A stretch of 61,754 nucleotides of DNA, counting the filler, from Catajapyx aquilonaris (Eukaryota): NCBI GenBank assembly GCA_000934665.2. It is 4 parts of 4 records of this genome, joined end to end, with 100 filler letters (N's around TTAATTAATTAA, not from the genome) between each part and the next. Parts side by side here need not be neighbours in the genome. Positions count along the whole stretch, not along the records: positions 15,460 to 30,875 come from JYFJ02007518.1; positions 30,976 to 46,327 come from JYFJ02007519.1; 2 more parts are not named here. One strand, 5' to 3'. The position numbers and the translations under genes are program-made. Below the pieces are notes generated by a model that had not been told where the DNA came from, ran no database searches, and was given only the letters and a program-made list of their open reading frames with translations. Position 1 is the stretch's first letter. Each line of letters begins with the position of its first letter. Positions 26,857 through 39,115 of this stretch are shown one piece after another.

Positions 26857-27130
26857 TTATGGGTGGTGTAGTGGTTAACGCCAAAGCCTCTAAGGTCCCA
26901 AGTTCGATCCCCGGGTCGGACAGAGCATGCTTATGTGGATAGATTTTCGATGGGTTCTCTCTGTGTTCGCGTGGGTTTTCTCGGGGTTCTCCCGTTTCTT
27001 CCCGCAATCAAAATCCATCACAGCGCAGACAATGATTAAAGACGATCAATTAAAAAGATGATCCCCTAAAAAGCCCAAGGAGGCTTATTAAGGGTATCCA
27101 TCATAATCATCATCATCATCATTATTACCG

Positions 27131-27186
<56 letters not shown>
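26857..27186 (+). mobile_element. tRNA-derived SINE with V-like domain
   Basis: A box (TGGTGTAGTGG), B box (AGTTCGATCC), GTGGGTTTTCTCGGGGTTCTCCCGTTTC core, (ATT)n tail, 15-bp TSD AAACTATGGTTAATA (26842-26856 / 27187-27201). Confidence 0.92.
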
Positions 27187-27188
<2 letters not shown>

Positions 27189-27272
27189 ACTATGGTTAAT
27201 ACCAAAACGTTAGACCTTTCTTAGCATTTCAAAACTTAAGTCATTAACATATGTCTACAAGAGTTATAGGGT

Positions 27273-27744
27273 CTTACAACCAAAGTAACACTTCTTACCC
27301 TCTCAGAATTTTGAAATTTTTTTGGATTTTCCCATTATTCTGCTTGGCCTGTAGTGCTGAGAAAACATCACCTCCGCTGCTAATTTCCACGTCAGCAGGG
27401 TGAAAATACAGCCAAAAGGGGATGTTCCGAAGCCACAACACCTGCATCCGGTCGCGAGTCGCCCGCCGGTCCCGGCTGCCCGGTCGCGGTCGCCTTTCAC
27501 CGCGTCTGTAGCGTTCTCCGGTGCCGCGAAGGAGATGACCCTTCTCCTTCGCGGCACTGTAGAACGCTACAGACGCGGTGGGCTTCGGAACTTCCCCTTT
27601 TGGCTGTATTTTCACCCTGCTAACATGGAAATTAGCGGCGGAGGTGATGTTTTCTCAACACTACAGGCCAAGCAAAATAATTATTGGAAAATCCAAAAAA
27701 ATTCAAAATTCAGAGAGGGTAAGAAGTGTTACTTTGGTTGTTAG
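27273..27744. mobile_element. Foldback MITE
   Basis: ~160-bp inverted arms ACAACCAAAGTAACACTTCTTACCCTCTC.../...GAGAGGGTAAGAAGTGTTACTTTGGTTGT. Confidence 0.85.
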
Positions 27745-28249
27745 AATCGGGCATTCTTTTTCGACCACCCTGTATTATGGGATGGGAATCATCACTGCCT
27801 TGGTCCGAAGCGATTAGCGAGTGGTTGTCTAAGCTTGCGCCCTATACAGGTAGGCCTACTCCTGGTTGTACGCCGGGGATTGGTTCCAGAAACATGATTG
27901 TGGCGTAAAGTAAAAAGGAGTAAAACGAAACAAAATATATTATAATGGTAGTGAATGAGATAGTTTCCAAAACTTTCGAAATATATTCTCCCACGTACTA
28001 CCGTATACATAATATTGCCGTTTTTAATGCTGAGTATTTGAAACATTTAGTATGTATGTTTAATGGGAGGTTCCAGGTTGATGGTCATCAGGTTCTGAGA
28101 GTTCCTTTCCCTTCTTTGGCAAGAACTGTAGTACACGTAGTGCATTGTAACCATGGGTTCAGTGCTTCAGAGAGTACAGATACCAAAAATACAGTAGCCA
28201 ACTGTATACTGTATAGCTATAAACCCTGCCACAAAAAAGAAGACGTGCC

Positions 28250-28383
28250 TATATCCTCCTGAGACCTGATGTCCAATATACTGGACATCAGCAAAGAAAA
28301 ATTGGCGTCAATTTCAGTTGACACCTATTAATTTATTTTTGCTGATGCCCAATATATTGGACATCAGGTCTCAGGAGGATATA
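28250..28383. mobile_element. Small palindromic MITE
   Basis: TATATCCTCCTGAGACCTGATGTCCAATATA ... TATATTGGACATCAGGTCTCAGGAGGATATA. Confidence 0.8.
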
Positions 28384-28516
28384 CTGCAGTGTGTAGATGT
28401 TTTGTTATTTTCACATTTTAAATTTTTTTCCAATTAAAATTGGTTTAAAATGAGATTTTGAAACCGGCATTAATGTGAAAAGACGAAAAACGAAGAGGCG
28501 TAAAACGAGGAGTACC

Positions 28517-28691
28517 GGGGTATCATACGAATTCGCCCGAAACCAACTCGCCCCATGCAACTCGACACTTAATTCCGATTAACTAGCCCATGCGAGGACT
28601 GCTCCAGTTTGTACCGGTATATATCGGGCGAGTTTTCGTCGCGCGGATTTGCATCAGGCGAGTTGGTTTCGGGCGAAGTGTGAAGGAACCG
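28517..28691. mobile_element. Small MITE
   Basis: TTCGCCCGAAACCAACTCGCC / GGCGAGTTGGTTTCGGGCGAA inverted repeats. Confidence 0.65.
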
Positions 28692-29593
28692 AGTACATGT
28701 AGTACAGTATAAATGTTTTTCTATCCTTATGAAATAATATGCTTGATTTTTTACTCGCAAGTTACTGTAAATATTTTACGTTACGATAAACAATATTGCT
28801 TAAAGTATTTGCCTACAATACAACAACTCCAAAATATTTGCGCGTCACACTAGCAAACCGACGACTAAGCATGCAAGCTAAAAATATATAATGATTTCGT
28901 CTTCTTATTTTTAAAATGTTCCTGATTCCGCTCTCCACGATGAAATAACCCTTGAGACACCTGCTGTTGCTGGCAAAGTATTTAAAAAAAACCAGTGGGA
29001 GGAAGCAAGGAAGTGGACACGATCCCTGCGTTCATTTCACATCGAAGAGAAGAGGTAAACGAAGTGAAATAAATTCAAAGGAGGATAGGCTTTCTGGGAT
29101 TGCCACTAAGCTCATTTGCCATTCCGGTCATCCCACCAACTGCTTTTATGGTAAGGAAGGGCAGAGCTGGGTTACGGCATTCCCGATTGGGTGCTGTATG
29201 GGTGGAACGCACAAGCTCGTTTGTCGACCTTGTGGCTACATTAAAATTTCACTCACGGACTTGTTTTATAGCTCATCTCCCTTTGGACGCTTTCCTCTAA
29301 CCCCTATCTTCTTACTTTTCTACCCTCAACCAAATACCCTTAAAAATAAACGCGACTTGAAATTGATATAATCGCAAGCTCATATCCTATCCAGATATAT
29401 TACTGCCTAATAAAACTTCAGTCTTCATCAAGTTCAGCAGTTTCAATGGCATCCCACGCTGATTTACTCGCATGCTAATAAGTTTGACTTAATCACGTTT
29501 GAATATCTGTCTTTCTTACCCCTCTCTTGCTGATTCATCACTGATAGGCATATATATATACTCATGGAGATTAATATATTGAACGAGAAATAC

Positions 29594-29875
29594 AGGGCGA
29601 CACGGTGGCCGAGTGGTTAGCGCCGCAGCCTTCCACCTCTAAGGTCCCGAGTTCGATCCCCGGGTCGGACGGAGGATCCTTATGTGGATAGAGTTTCGAT
29701 GGGTTCTCTCCGTGTTCGCGTGGGTTTTCTCGGGGTGCTCCCGTTTCCTCCCGCATTCAAAATCCATCACAGCAAAGGCAATGATTAAAGACGGTTATTC
29801 AAAAGATGATCCCCTAAGGGGCCCAAGGGGCCTATCACGGGGTATCCATTACTATATTATTATTATTATTATTAT
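29594..29875 (+). mobile_element. tRNA-derived SINE with V-like domain (second copy)
   Basis: TGGCCGAGTGG A box, GAGTTCGATCC B box, V-like core, (ATT)n tail, TSD TATTGAACGAGAAATAC (29577-29593 / 29876-29892). Confidence 0.93.
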
Positions 29876-30393
29876 TATTGAACGAGAAATACTGTATGTG
29901 GCATATATTCCCAATTTCTGGCATTTTCTAGACACAAATTCTTGCATAAATGCTGTATATTAGTAGAAATAGTTGCATGAGTGGATATTTTATATCTCCA
30001 ATGGAATCTCGCCTAAATGCAAATGTTCCGAATTCAACCCATTTCCTAAGAAGAGGCGAGATATTCTCTTCCTCCTCCGTATCCTAACTTATCGCGTGTT
30101 TAACGGCTATTTTCTCATGGATTGGCCAGGACTTCCCTGTATAAGGCAGGCAGAGAGGGGCGCGGGCACAAAGATGCTCGGAGCACAAAAATGGCGACCG
30201 CTGCCGTGGGAGCAGCCATTTTGGGTGTCGAACACGTGACTCTGATCCAATATGGTGCGAGTTTACTGCGAGAGGCTGTATTGGTTGCGTAATTTTGAAA
30301 CAGGTTCTTGAATCTTTCAGATAGGGTACAATAGGACTATGCGAGAATTTCCTGAAGATGGCCTTTGGAAAATTCATGTTTTCCAGTCTTATA

Positions 30394-30722
30394 CAGGGTG
30401 TATCAAAACTCTACCATAAGCCATGTACCAATGGCATAAGGGGCACCAGAGCATCATTATATGTAGAGGGGTCATCACGTCTAGGCAGCCACATCACGTA
30501 GATAATTGATCATTTGCGAAGTAGCGATTGCGCTTAAGCGTGATTGTAGAATAGCAGTGCATCTGGGGGGAACTGCATTCTAAGAGCCCTCAGTGACTAC
30601 CCCAATAGCAGTGTGGCAGTAGCCCCCCAGAAAATAGCTGCGACCTTCACCTGTGATGCGATTGGCGGCTGAAGGTTTGCATACCTGCCAGGATATTTTA
30701 TACCTATTGGTTGAGGTCAATT
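30394..30722 (+). mobile_element. Terminus of a Tc1/mariner-type element
   Basis: TA|CAGGGTG start; inverted copy of 19414-19742. Confidence 0.75.
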
Positions 30723-30875
30723 ATCTCGGTCATGCGGCGGCCCAGGCCTATGATTCCGATACTGTAAATGATCATCTGCTGGCTGGTTCCATTTCAATCC
30801 AGACGGTGGGTGCCCAGTCATGGTCTTCGATTTTTTTTAAAAAAATATATGTGAAACCCACATCCAATTGAACCC

Positions 30876-30975
30876 NNNNNNNNNNNNNNNNNNNNNNNNN
30901 NNNNNNNNNNNNNNNNNNNTTAATTAATTAANNNNNNNNNNNNNNNNNNNNNNNNNNNNNNNNNNNNNNNNNNNN
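30876..30975. other. Artificial contig linker
   Basis: N44-TTAATTAATTAA-N44. Confidence 0.98.
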
Positions 30976-31800
30976 ATGCACTATATCTAGCAGTGGGTCA
31001 AAAATTCGAGACATTTTTTCGGACGTAAATGTTTATATTATGGCGATGCACGTATTATCCGCACCCTGATATAATCGGGAGTACAGTGTAATTGGATTCT
31101 ATTGTTGGTTGCCAGTTGTGCCAACTCAATGACCTTCACTGACTGTATATAAACAAAACCTGCCAGTTGGCACCATCACTATGGATGACCAACAATATAG
31201 TACGTTCCAGGCTAATAATTCGAACGCGTGATATTTGCAACCCGCCTTCTTACGTTCGATTCTACGCATTCAACGGGAGTCAGGTTCCGAGACTGAATAC
31301 CGAAAGAAGTGCCCCGAAGACAGTGCACTGTACTTCCCATCTGTGAAAGCACCGCGCATGGGTAGGCCTACGCGCGCACATCCAAAGTAGTCCGATCAGT
31401 AGGCCTAATGCTAAGGTTAGAATTTCGAACTTACATTTCTCCAGGCCAGTGCATACGGCCATTTTTCAATGACCAGCTATACCCGCGGAGAAGGGGGGAC
31501 AGGTGTAGGGTAGGTGGGGAAGGTGGGGTAAAGGTCCGGCAGTGGTGACGATGACCGAGGCGGGAGAGACGGAAAAAAGCGACCTTCACCCAAGGAGGCC
31601 AGCAGGCAACTGGACGTGTTCCACCCCCACTGCGCATGCTCGGAACGGGGGCCAATCGGAGGCGTCGTGGTAACAGTGCGTCATGGATGCGATGCAGCAA
31701 CAATGGACGGGGGGCCAATAGGAGGTGGCGGCGGCAACAATACGGGGGCGGACCAATCAGAGGGCTCGGCCCCCGTCCGCAAGGATTTTAATATTATAGA
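30976..31800 (-). mobile_element. Probable Helitron 5' portion inserted in the Harbinger transposase
   Basis: Minus strand begins A|TCTATAATATTAAAATCC where transposase coding similarity stops. No 3' end identified. Confidence 0.45.
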
Positions 31801-33070
31801 TTGAGTCGAGCAAGGTTATTGGTATTAGCAGGACTTTAAACTGGAATCTCACTCTGAACTGAATAGCCTCAAATTTGTCAGTGCACAATAACCAGTCACA
31901 CACTTATTTCATGATTTTTCTACTAGGATTGCATTTCCTTGCACAACATTGCTTTACAATGCCTGCAGCATTAAGGGCGGCATTAACATGAACATAGATG
32001 GTGATCAAGACACAGGGACATTAGAAATGTCAGACTTCACATTAAGCATGACCTACTGCTACACGGTGTATTTTCATTGTTGTGAACCACTACTATTAAA
32101 CCTATAAAGGCCCATACACACAGGCCGTCGACAGTTTTGGTTTTTGGTTGGGTTGACGCCGCGGACCAATCATGACCCAGGTAAACAAGCTCTAAACAGT
32201 GGGTTGCGCTTGTTTACATGAGTCGTGATTGGTCCGCGGCGTCAACGCCACCAAAAACCAAAACCGTCGACGGCCTGTGTGTGTGGGCCTTAAGACCTAC
32301 TCAACTTTGGGGTGGGTGCACCACCTCCCTCTGCGTTACCCAGTTAGTTGTTGAATTTACCATGGGAACCTGTGTTAATGTTGAGGCACTGAACAGGCTA
32401 GGAGTACGTTGCTGAACTCAGCGGCTACCGCAGCGGAGGTAAACAAGTCGTTGCTGAACTCAGCTGCGCTGACAGCGCAGCGGCTCGCAGCTGCTTAGTT
32501 TAGCAACATCCTCTAGTTATCTTGCACCCAGCCCTAAACATAGAGGTGCAGGTCCCTTGGTGTGTCAGTTTGCAACAGATATGGATTTGTGACATATGTT
32601 ATCCAGACCAGACCGAGACCTTGACTCGCCTAGACATGTGAGTGGCTTCAATGTAGCTTATGAATATTCCTTTCAGACGCTGCAGTGAAAATGCTTTTGG
32701 GATTCTCTCACAGAAGTGGCGAGTGTTCCGAAAGCCTATGCCCCTGTCCGTAGACAATGTCTGCAAGGTGACACAAGCCTGCGTGGTGCTCCACAACTTC
32801 CTACTGGAGACAGAAGGTCGGCCTGGAGCAGTCCGGATTTATTGCCCACCAGGGTTCACCGACTTTCTGGACTCCAATGGTACCATCCACGAAGGCACCT
32901 TCAGGCAGGAAACTAGCGAGTGTTTGGGCCTGGTTGACTTGTTGCCCACAACAGCCAAGAACTTTAACCATGCTGCTGGGTGCGTGCGAGATGTCTATGC
33001 AGACTACTTTTCATCTGCACATGGCGAGGTTCCCTGGCAGTGGAAAGTACCAGGTGCCAACAAGGACTAG
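31801..33070 (+). pseudogene. PIF/Harbinger DDE transposase (HARBI1/ALP1-like) C-terminus, 5' part missing
   Basis: Exon end 31801-31814 (LSRAR|GT) splices to 32677-33070, giving LSRARRCSENAFGILSQKWRVF...ACVVLHNFL...VRDVYADYF...GEVPWQW. Confidence 0.9.
32108..32290. mobile_element. Harbinger/Tourist-like MITE in the transposase intron
   Basis: TAA|AGGCCCATACACAC...GTGTGTGTGGGCCT|TAA, palindromic throughout. Confidence 0.88.
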
Positions 33071-33295
33071 TAGGAAAAGTGCAAGGGGGATTCTCTTCGC
33101 AGTAGAATATTGACAGGCCATGTCTTGGAAGTTGTTTGTAACAAAGTTGTACACATGACTATGTTATTTATTTAATTTGTGAGCTTTGTCAGATCAGTAA
33201 AGTTCATATTCATGTACTTTTTAAAGTCAGCAGAAGTTGGAAACCAACAAATGGTCATAATAAATACTTGTGAGTCAGTTTTTGAATCTGGACAT

Positions 33296-34714
33296 TTATT
33301 TTCTGTCACCCTTCTCGTAATCCTGCATTAAACTGAGAACGTCATTCTCGAACGACTGCTGGCTACTGGCAGGCAATTTTTTGTAGCGGCCTTCCAGGTA
33401 CTGAGAAAATCTGGCGAAGTCGGACGGCTCCTTCGGCTCCTGCGGCTCCTTCGGATCCTTAGCTAGTCGCCTGAAAGGGAACATAAATTGTTGTGATGAC
33501 TCAGTATAGGTTAAAACAGATTAAGGCTCCTTATAGCATTGTCACAATGACTTTCCCAGCATCCTAAAAAATTACAATGTACTGCCATCTGTTTTGGATG
33601 CAAGATTGCAACATGACTGGCAATTTTCAGGTGGCAATTGGACAACATAATGGCTTGTAATGACGTCACAGTTTGTATGTTACTTTACTTAATAGGGGGA
33701 CGATACTGAAGCTTTTCATTTTACATACAGAGTCATATGCTGCAATGTTTCCATCATTGTGCCCTCCAGTGGCGTAGACATCGGCAGAGAACTTGTCGAT
33801 GCAGAAGTTGTAGATGCAGACTTTGGCAGGCTCGACCTTTGTGATGCAGAGGTCTTGGCAATTCCCTACATCCTCTTCCTCTTCTTTTGAGGTTCAACGC
33901 TGTGGGGAGTCTGTGTTGCGTTTGGGGAAAGCGGTATGATGGATGTGGAAGAAGAAAAGTAGGATGCAGTGGGTGTAGAAGAATGTGATGCATTGGGTGT
34001 GGAAGAATGGGATGCAATGTCATGTACGTGGGGTGACAAAGGATCGTAGGGTGTGAGGGGGTCGCGGGGTGTGAAGGAGTCCTCGGGTGTCAGGGGGTCG
34101 CGGGGTGTGAAGGAGTCCTCGGGTGTCAGGGGGTCCTCGGGTGCCAGGGGGTCCTCGGGTGTCAGGGGGTCGTCGGAGTATGTGTCTGGATCTCCAGTAT
34201 GTCTGCAGTCTATGTCCATGACGGCTATGGTCTTCAAGTCTTGCAGTGTCACGGGGAACACTTCGTTCCCTGAAGTTCTAAACCATGAAAGAGGGATTCA
34301 ATTTAAGCTTATACTGTTCATAATTACTTGGCAATCTTTGCACTACAGTGAAATGTTTATTTGCAATTGTAATGAAACTGAGCCATAAAATTATCATGAC
34401 TGCATTATTGGAGGAATGAATTCCAGAGTTTAGAAATTTTTCCAAGCTCGCGAAATATTGATGTATCACAACTGTGGAAGATTGACTAGATAAACTATTG
34501 CAAAACTATTGTGAACAATTGCATTGGGCACCCATGACATAATGGTATACTCACTGCCTGTTTTCCGGGCGTCCTCGCAGGAACGACATGGCATCATAAT
34601 ACTGCCACTTTGGGGGGGCCACGTATGCCTGCCCACTCTTCTCTGCGCTCACTTGCTGGTGTACTTTCCTGTGGATATCCACTAGGTTCCTCCATGCTGT
34701 TTTGCATTCTGCCT
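33296..34714 (-). pseudogene. Harbinger partner gene: MADF/Myb-SANT-like protein with C-terminal BESS-like motif
   Basis: Phase-compatible exons 34714-34555 (ECKTAWRNLVDIHRK...KSGQA...KWQYYDAMSFL), 34277-33729 and 33470-33296 (DFARFSQYLEGRYKKLP...FENDVLSLM). One in-frame TAG at 33866-33868. First exon not securely found. Confidence 0.82.
34040..34175 (-). repeat. 18-bp coding minisatellite (EDPLTP/EDSFTP/RDPLTP)
   Basis: Repeated GGGTGTCAGGGGGTC units. Confidence 0.85.
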
Positions 34715-34880
34715 CTGACATTATTTAGAGAATTGCAATTAGTATTTGTAAGCATGAGGCATCACTGGCTCAGAAACAGAGGTGTTGCAAAGAGGGCTAG
34801 TACGAAAGTAAGTTTCGCTATGTTTATAGTTTCGACGGCTTGTGACAGACAGGGTAAGACAAGCATGAGCAGATACGTTG

Positions 34881-35159
34881 ATCCTTCTGGTACTTTATAG
34901 GAAGAACCAGCGTCTTCTTGCTGCTTATGCTGCTCGGCAGCTGTTGGACGAGACCAAGTCGCGAGCCGAGTGTGCCCACCCGTATGCCACCAGGAAAAGT
35001 CCTGGCAGATGGAGAGTCCATGTGACTAGCACACTCTGCCTGGCATGATATTTCCTGGCGGAATGTGGCGAGCACGCTCGGCTCGCCAGTCAGTGTCGGC
35101 CGACCGCTGCCGTGCCTGCGCATTGGCTGCAAGAAGCCGCCTACCCATCCTATAAAGTA
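34881..35159. mobile_element. Degenerate MITE
   Basis: TACTTTATAGGA...TCCTATAAAGTA termini with imperfect arms. Confidence 0.55.
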
Positions 35160-35453
35160 GAGCAAGTATCACTGTACCTGCCCATGCTCGTCTTTACCCA
35201 GTCCGTGGTATGGCGTCAAAACTGCACCATAATTAAACTTAATTTCCGACTAGCCCTTGTACTTTCCACCTGACTCCATTTGAATAAACTGAAAATGAGT
35301 GTGTTCGGCAACTGTTGTGGTTATATTGTGCATTCCTCACCACTGATATTAACTTTCAATTGGTTTAGAAATGCCTCTTTGTAGTAAGCGTGCCCATTCA
35401 TCACAGCAAGTAAAAAGTTGTCACGTTACCTCTAGCATATTATGCGTGTGTAA

Positions 35454-35765
35454 CACTGCGAATCATGTGCTGACTATGTGCTATGTCGTAAGTATAGCAC
35501 AAGGTGCTCTAGTTAGCACAGGAGTTAGCACGGGGACATTGGAATCATGCGCAGATGGGATTGTGCTCTCTGGAATTATCATGTGACTTTCATATTTGGT
35601 ACAGCACACCGTGTGCTGACTATTTATCCAGTCAGCACAGTCTTGCGCATGTGCTGAGTCGGTGCTGACTTTGAGATCCAAAATTCCCCGTGCTAACTCC
35701 TTTGCTAACTAGAGCACCTTGTGCTATCTACGACATAGTACATAGTCAGCAAATGATTTGCAGTG
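35454..35765. mobile_element. MITE with CACTG termini
   Basis: CACTGCGAATCAT.TGCTGACTATGT.../...ACATAGTCAGCAAATGATTTGCAGTG, ~90-bp arms. Confidence 0.8.
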
Positions 35766-36148
35766 ACTTGTAACAATATGAGCTACTTTAACAACTAGAT
35801 CAGGTCGAGGCTGTGGTGGAAATTAATGGAGAAGCACAGGTCGACTTCTTGGAGAAGTTTTCCCTGTACATAGTACAGCTGCTTCAAAGAGATGGGCGTC
35901 TCAACTGAAAGTTCCTTTGTGCGCGCGCATGCGGGGAAGGCTCTGATAGGCCAGATGGAGTTCCGGAGCTGTGACGTAGTATGGAGTGGCCAGGTGAAGC
36001 ATGGGTGAAGACGGAGGCTTGCAAGGGGGGAGGCTCCACCCGGACCCTGATTGGTCATATTTAAAATTCTCAGCAGGGTGACCAGACCAATATAGGCAGA
36101 GGGAGTGGGTAGATGGGGGAAGGAGGAGAAGCAGGGGCACAGCAGAGG

Positions 36149-36533
36149 TTACGAATCCGTTGCCTCCTTGCGGAAAAGACTCCTTGGGAGAAAAACGGTC
36201 GCATGATGCGCTCGATTCGTTCCGACATTATCTCTGGTGGCCACGGTTTCCGTTGCCAAAGCACCCAGTTCGCCGGAACTGGGCTCACTTCCAGACGGTA
36301 TAAACACACCTTGAGGCTTTCCCTTGATTCGAACCGTGACCTTGACCTGGCCACTGACCAGTCCTTCCTCCCCCTCCTGCAGCTCTCTCTTGACCTTGTC
36401 CCACTTGGAGTGGGTCATGCTGTGTCCCAGGAGTCTGCATCTCATGTCAAACACCTGGTCGCAGTACAGGCAGGGGAACCTCCCCACTGCCAGCATGTCC
36501 ATCTTGATCCCAACCAAATCAGTAACTGTTATC
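36149..36533 (-). CDS. Isolated exon/ORF with one C2H2 zinc finger
   Basis: FPCLYCDQVFDMRCRLLGHSMTH, preceded by an acceptor-like CTCTCCTCAGTTTAG. Confidence 0.5.
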
Positions 36534-37285
36534 CTAAACTGAGGAGAGCAAATGCAATGTCTTATCGACAATATTTCCAAAGGTGGTCGCACTGGTAGGG
36601 AATGACGCGCCTCTCGTTGTTCACCCCAGCAACTAATCTAACCCATGCTCACCCTCCTCCTGCCCAACCCCACCCCCTCCGAAAACAAGGTTGGGAAATT
36701 TTGCGGTTGGAAGAAAGAGAAGGGTCGACTGATAAGACATGATGAGTCACAATGCACCGAAATATGGGCAGGTAAAAGGGGCTATACATGCAGGAAAAAT
36801 CCGGTGAGCTAAGAATGGCGTTTATTATGGTTTGGTCAACTGTGACCCAATGACCCATGAAGTAATTAATTGTTGCCCTCAGGCAACGCTGCGCGTTCTC
36901 TGCATACTGCTACTGTAGGGTACGTGGAAAGTAACTTACTAGAAATATGTCATAAATTGCTCAAATATTATTCAATTTTCATGAAATAAGGTTTTTCGTG
37001 TAAATTATAATGGTAGAATTTCGTCTGTAACGCTGAAATTCCACATCTGGTACTATAGTTTTCTACCAATATCTGTAGGAGATCGGAATGTCCGCGACCA
37101 CGGTCATATAAGTAAGGTCTGGTCACTCCCACCCACCCCCTGCCGGGGGGTTTTGCAGCCGGTGCTCACCTGAGGGCGCCATGAGATATTTCGGAGCCCA
37201 GGTAATAAGTGGCGACCCTACCGGACTAGGCTGAACTATATAGGTACGAAAGGGAAGCGCTACATTGGGGGACCCAACATAACCG

Positions 37286-39115
37286 ACCCCGGTGATTCTA
37301 GCACCATGGTGCTGCACGGAAGTGCAGGGGTACCAACTTCTGCATTTTACGATTTTTAATTTTTTAATTTTATATTAATATTACCACGTATTACGCTTGT
37401 AAACAGTGTTGGTATCACTTGTAGATTTATTTCGAAATTTTAAGAATGATACATCTTCCGCAAAAAAATTAAAGTACACATGAAATTATGCAACATGGAC
37501 AAAAAAAAATCACAGCAAATTCCGCGCACCAGATATTGTCACTATTCCACGAGGTATGGACAGGTAGTGTCCCCAGGCACTCAGTGTCACCAAAAAAGGG
37601 AGGGGCAAACGCTTGTGTGTGGCGCCAAATGAGCGCCAGTCCGCCCCCTCCGACTATGTCATAAGTGCACGAGTCTATAGTCTACTGGACAAAAAAAAAT
37701 CACAGAAAATTCCGCGCACCAGATATTGTCACTATTGCGCAAGGTATGGACAGGTAGTGTCCCCAGGCAATTGAACTCTTATGTAGCAATCAGTTTTACG
37801 AGATTAAATTTAGTTATCGAGATATTAATATAATAATATTTCTTTTCAAGGGTAGCCTACCAAAATCACAATCACGCGAAGACGCACTTTTTCCCGCTTC
37901 TTCCATTGCTTTCAATGAGGATATCTCGGGAACTGTTGTGAGAACAAACATGAAATTTTAAACTCATGCTTTTGGAATAACACACTGTCATTTAATGCAT
38001 AAATTTACCTCATTTAATGGTACAGTCACCTGCAAAAAAAAATCACAAATCTTGCATATTTTGGTCAAAATGCGCATATTTCGCAATTTATTACGCCGTT
38101 ATGGTAAACACTGTGCTGATTATATTTTATGATATACTCGGTGACCCCCTCCAGGTTATAAAATAAAACCTTCATTAGCTCCGCGTGTAGTTGAGATATG
38201 AGAGGTGAAAATATGGAAACAAGCGAAAACATGCATATTTCAAAAATTATTTTCTCAAAAAAAGCCATTTTAAATATTTTATTTTTATTTTTTATTTTAC
38301 AAGGACGGACATGTTATAAAATTAACTAGTGTCAAAACCCGGTATATATTTCTTAAACGTGAGATATAAATTTTTGAAAAGTGAAAACTTTCGAAATTGT
38401 GCGACAATATGCACACTTAAAATAAATGTTTTCTCGAAGAAGTAATTTTGAAAATTTAATCGTAATTTTTTGTGTAACAAAGTAGCATGAGGTCGATTAT
38501 AAAATTATATCAAAATTCGAAATAAATTGCGAAATATGCCAATTTTGACCAAAATATGCAATGTTGGAGATTTTTTTGCAGGTGACTGTACCATTAAATG
38601 AGGTAAATTTATGCATTAAATAACAGTGTGTTATTCCAAAAGCATGAGTTTAAAATTTCATGTTGGTTCTCAGAACAGTTCCCGAGATATACTCATTGTT
38701 AAGTAATGGAAAAAGCGAGTCTTCGCGTGATTGTGATTTTGGTGCCCTTGAAAGGAAATATTAATATCTCGATAACAAAATTTAATCTGGTAAAACTGAT
38801 TGCTCCATAAGAGTTCAATTGCCTGGGGACACTACCTGTCCATACCTCGTGGAATAGTGACAATATCTGGTGCGCGGAATTTGCTGTGATTTTTTTTTGT
38901 CCATGTTGCATAATTTCATGTGTACTTTAATTTTTTGCGGAAGATGTATCATTCTTAAAATTTTGAAATAAATCTACAAGTGATCCCAACACTGTTTACA
39001 AGCGTAATACGTGGAATTATTAATTTAAAATTTAAAAAATTAAAAATCGTAAAATGCAGAAGTTGGTACCCCTGCACTTCCGTGCAGCACCATATGGTGC
39101 TAGAATCACCGGGGT
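37286..39115. mobile_element. Non-autonomous foldback element, MULE/Mutator-like
   Basis: ~600-bp TIRs (ACCCCGGTGATTCTAGCACCA...), exact 9-bp TSD ACATAACCG (37277-37285 / 39116-39124), no coding capacity. Confidence 0.88.

Noticed and set aside
26861..26920. tRNA gene (also 29595-29670)
   Set aside because: A/B boxes belong to SINE heads with tails and TSDs; no complete cloverleaf.
27295..27817. Mirror ORFs MKIQPKG...
   Set aside because: Arise from the foldback MITE arms.
34040..34175. CRISPR-like short repeats
   Set aside because: Contiguous in-frame coding minisatellite without unique spacers.
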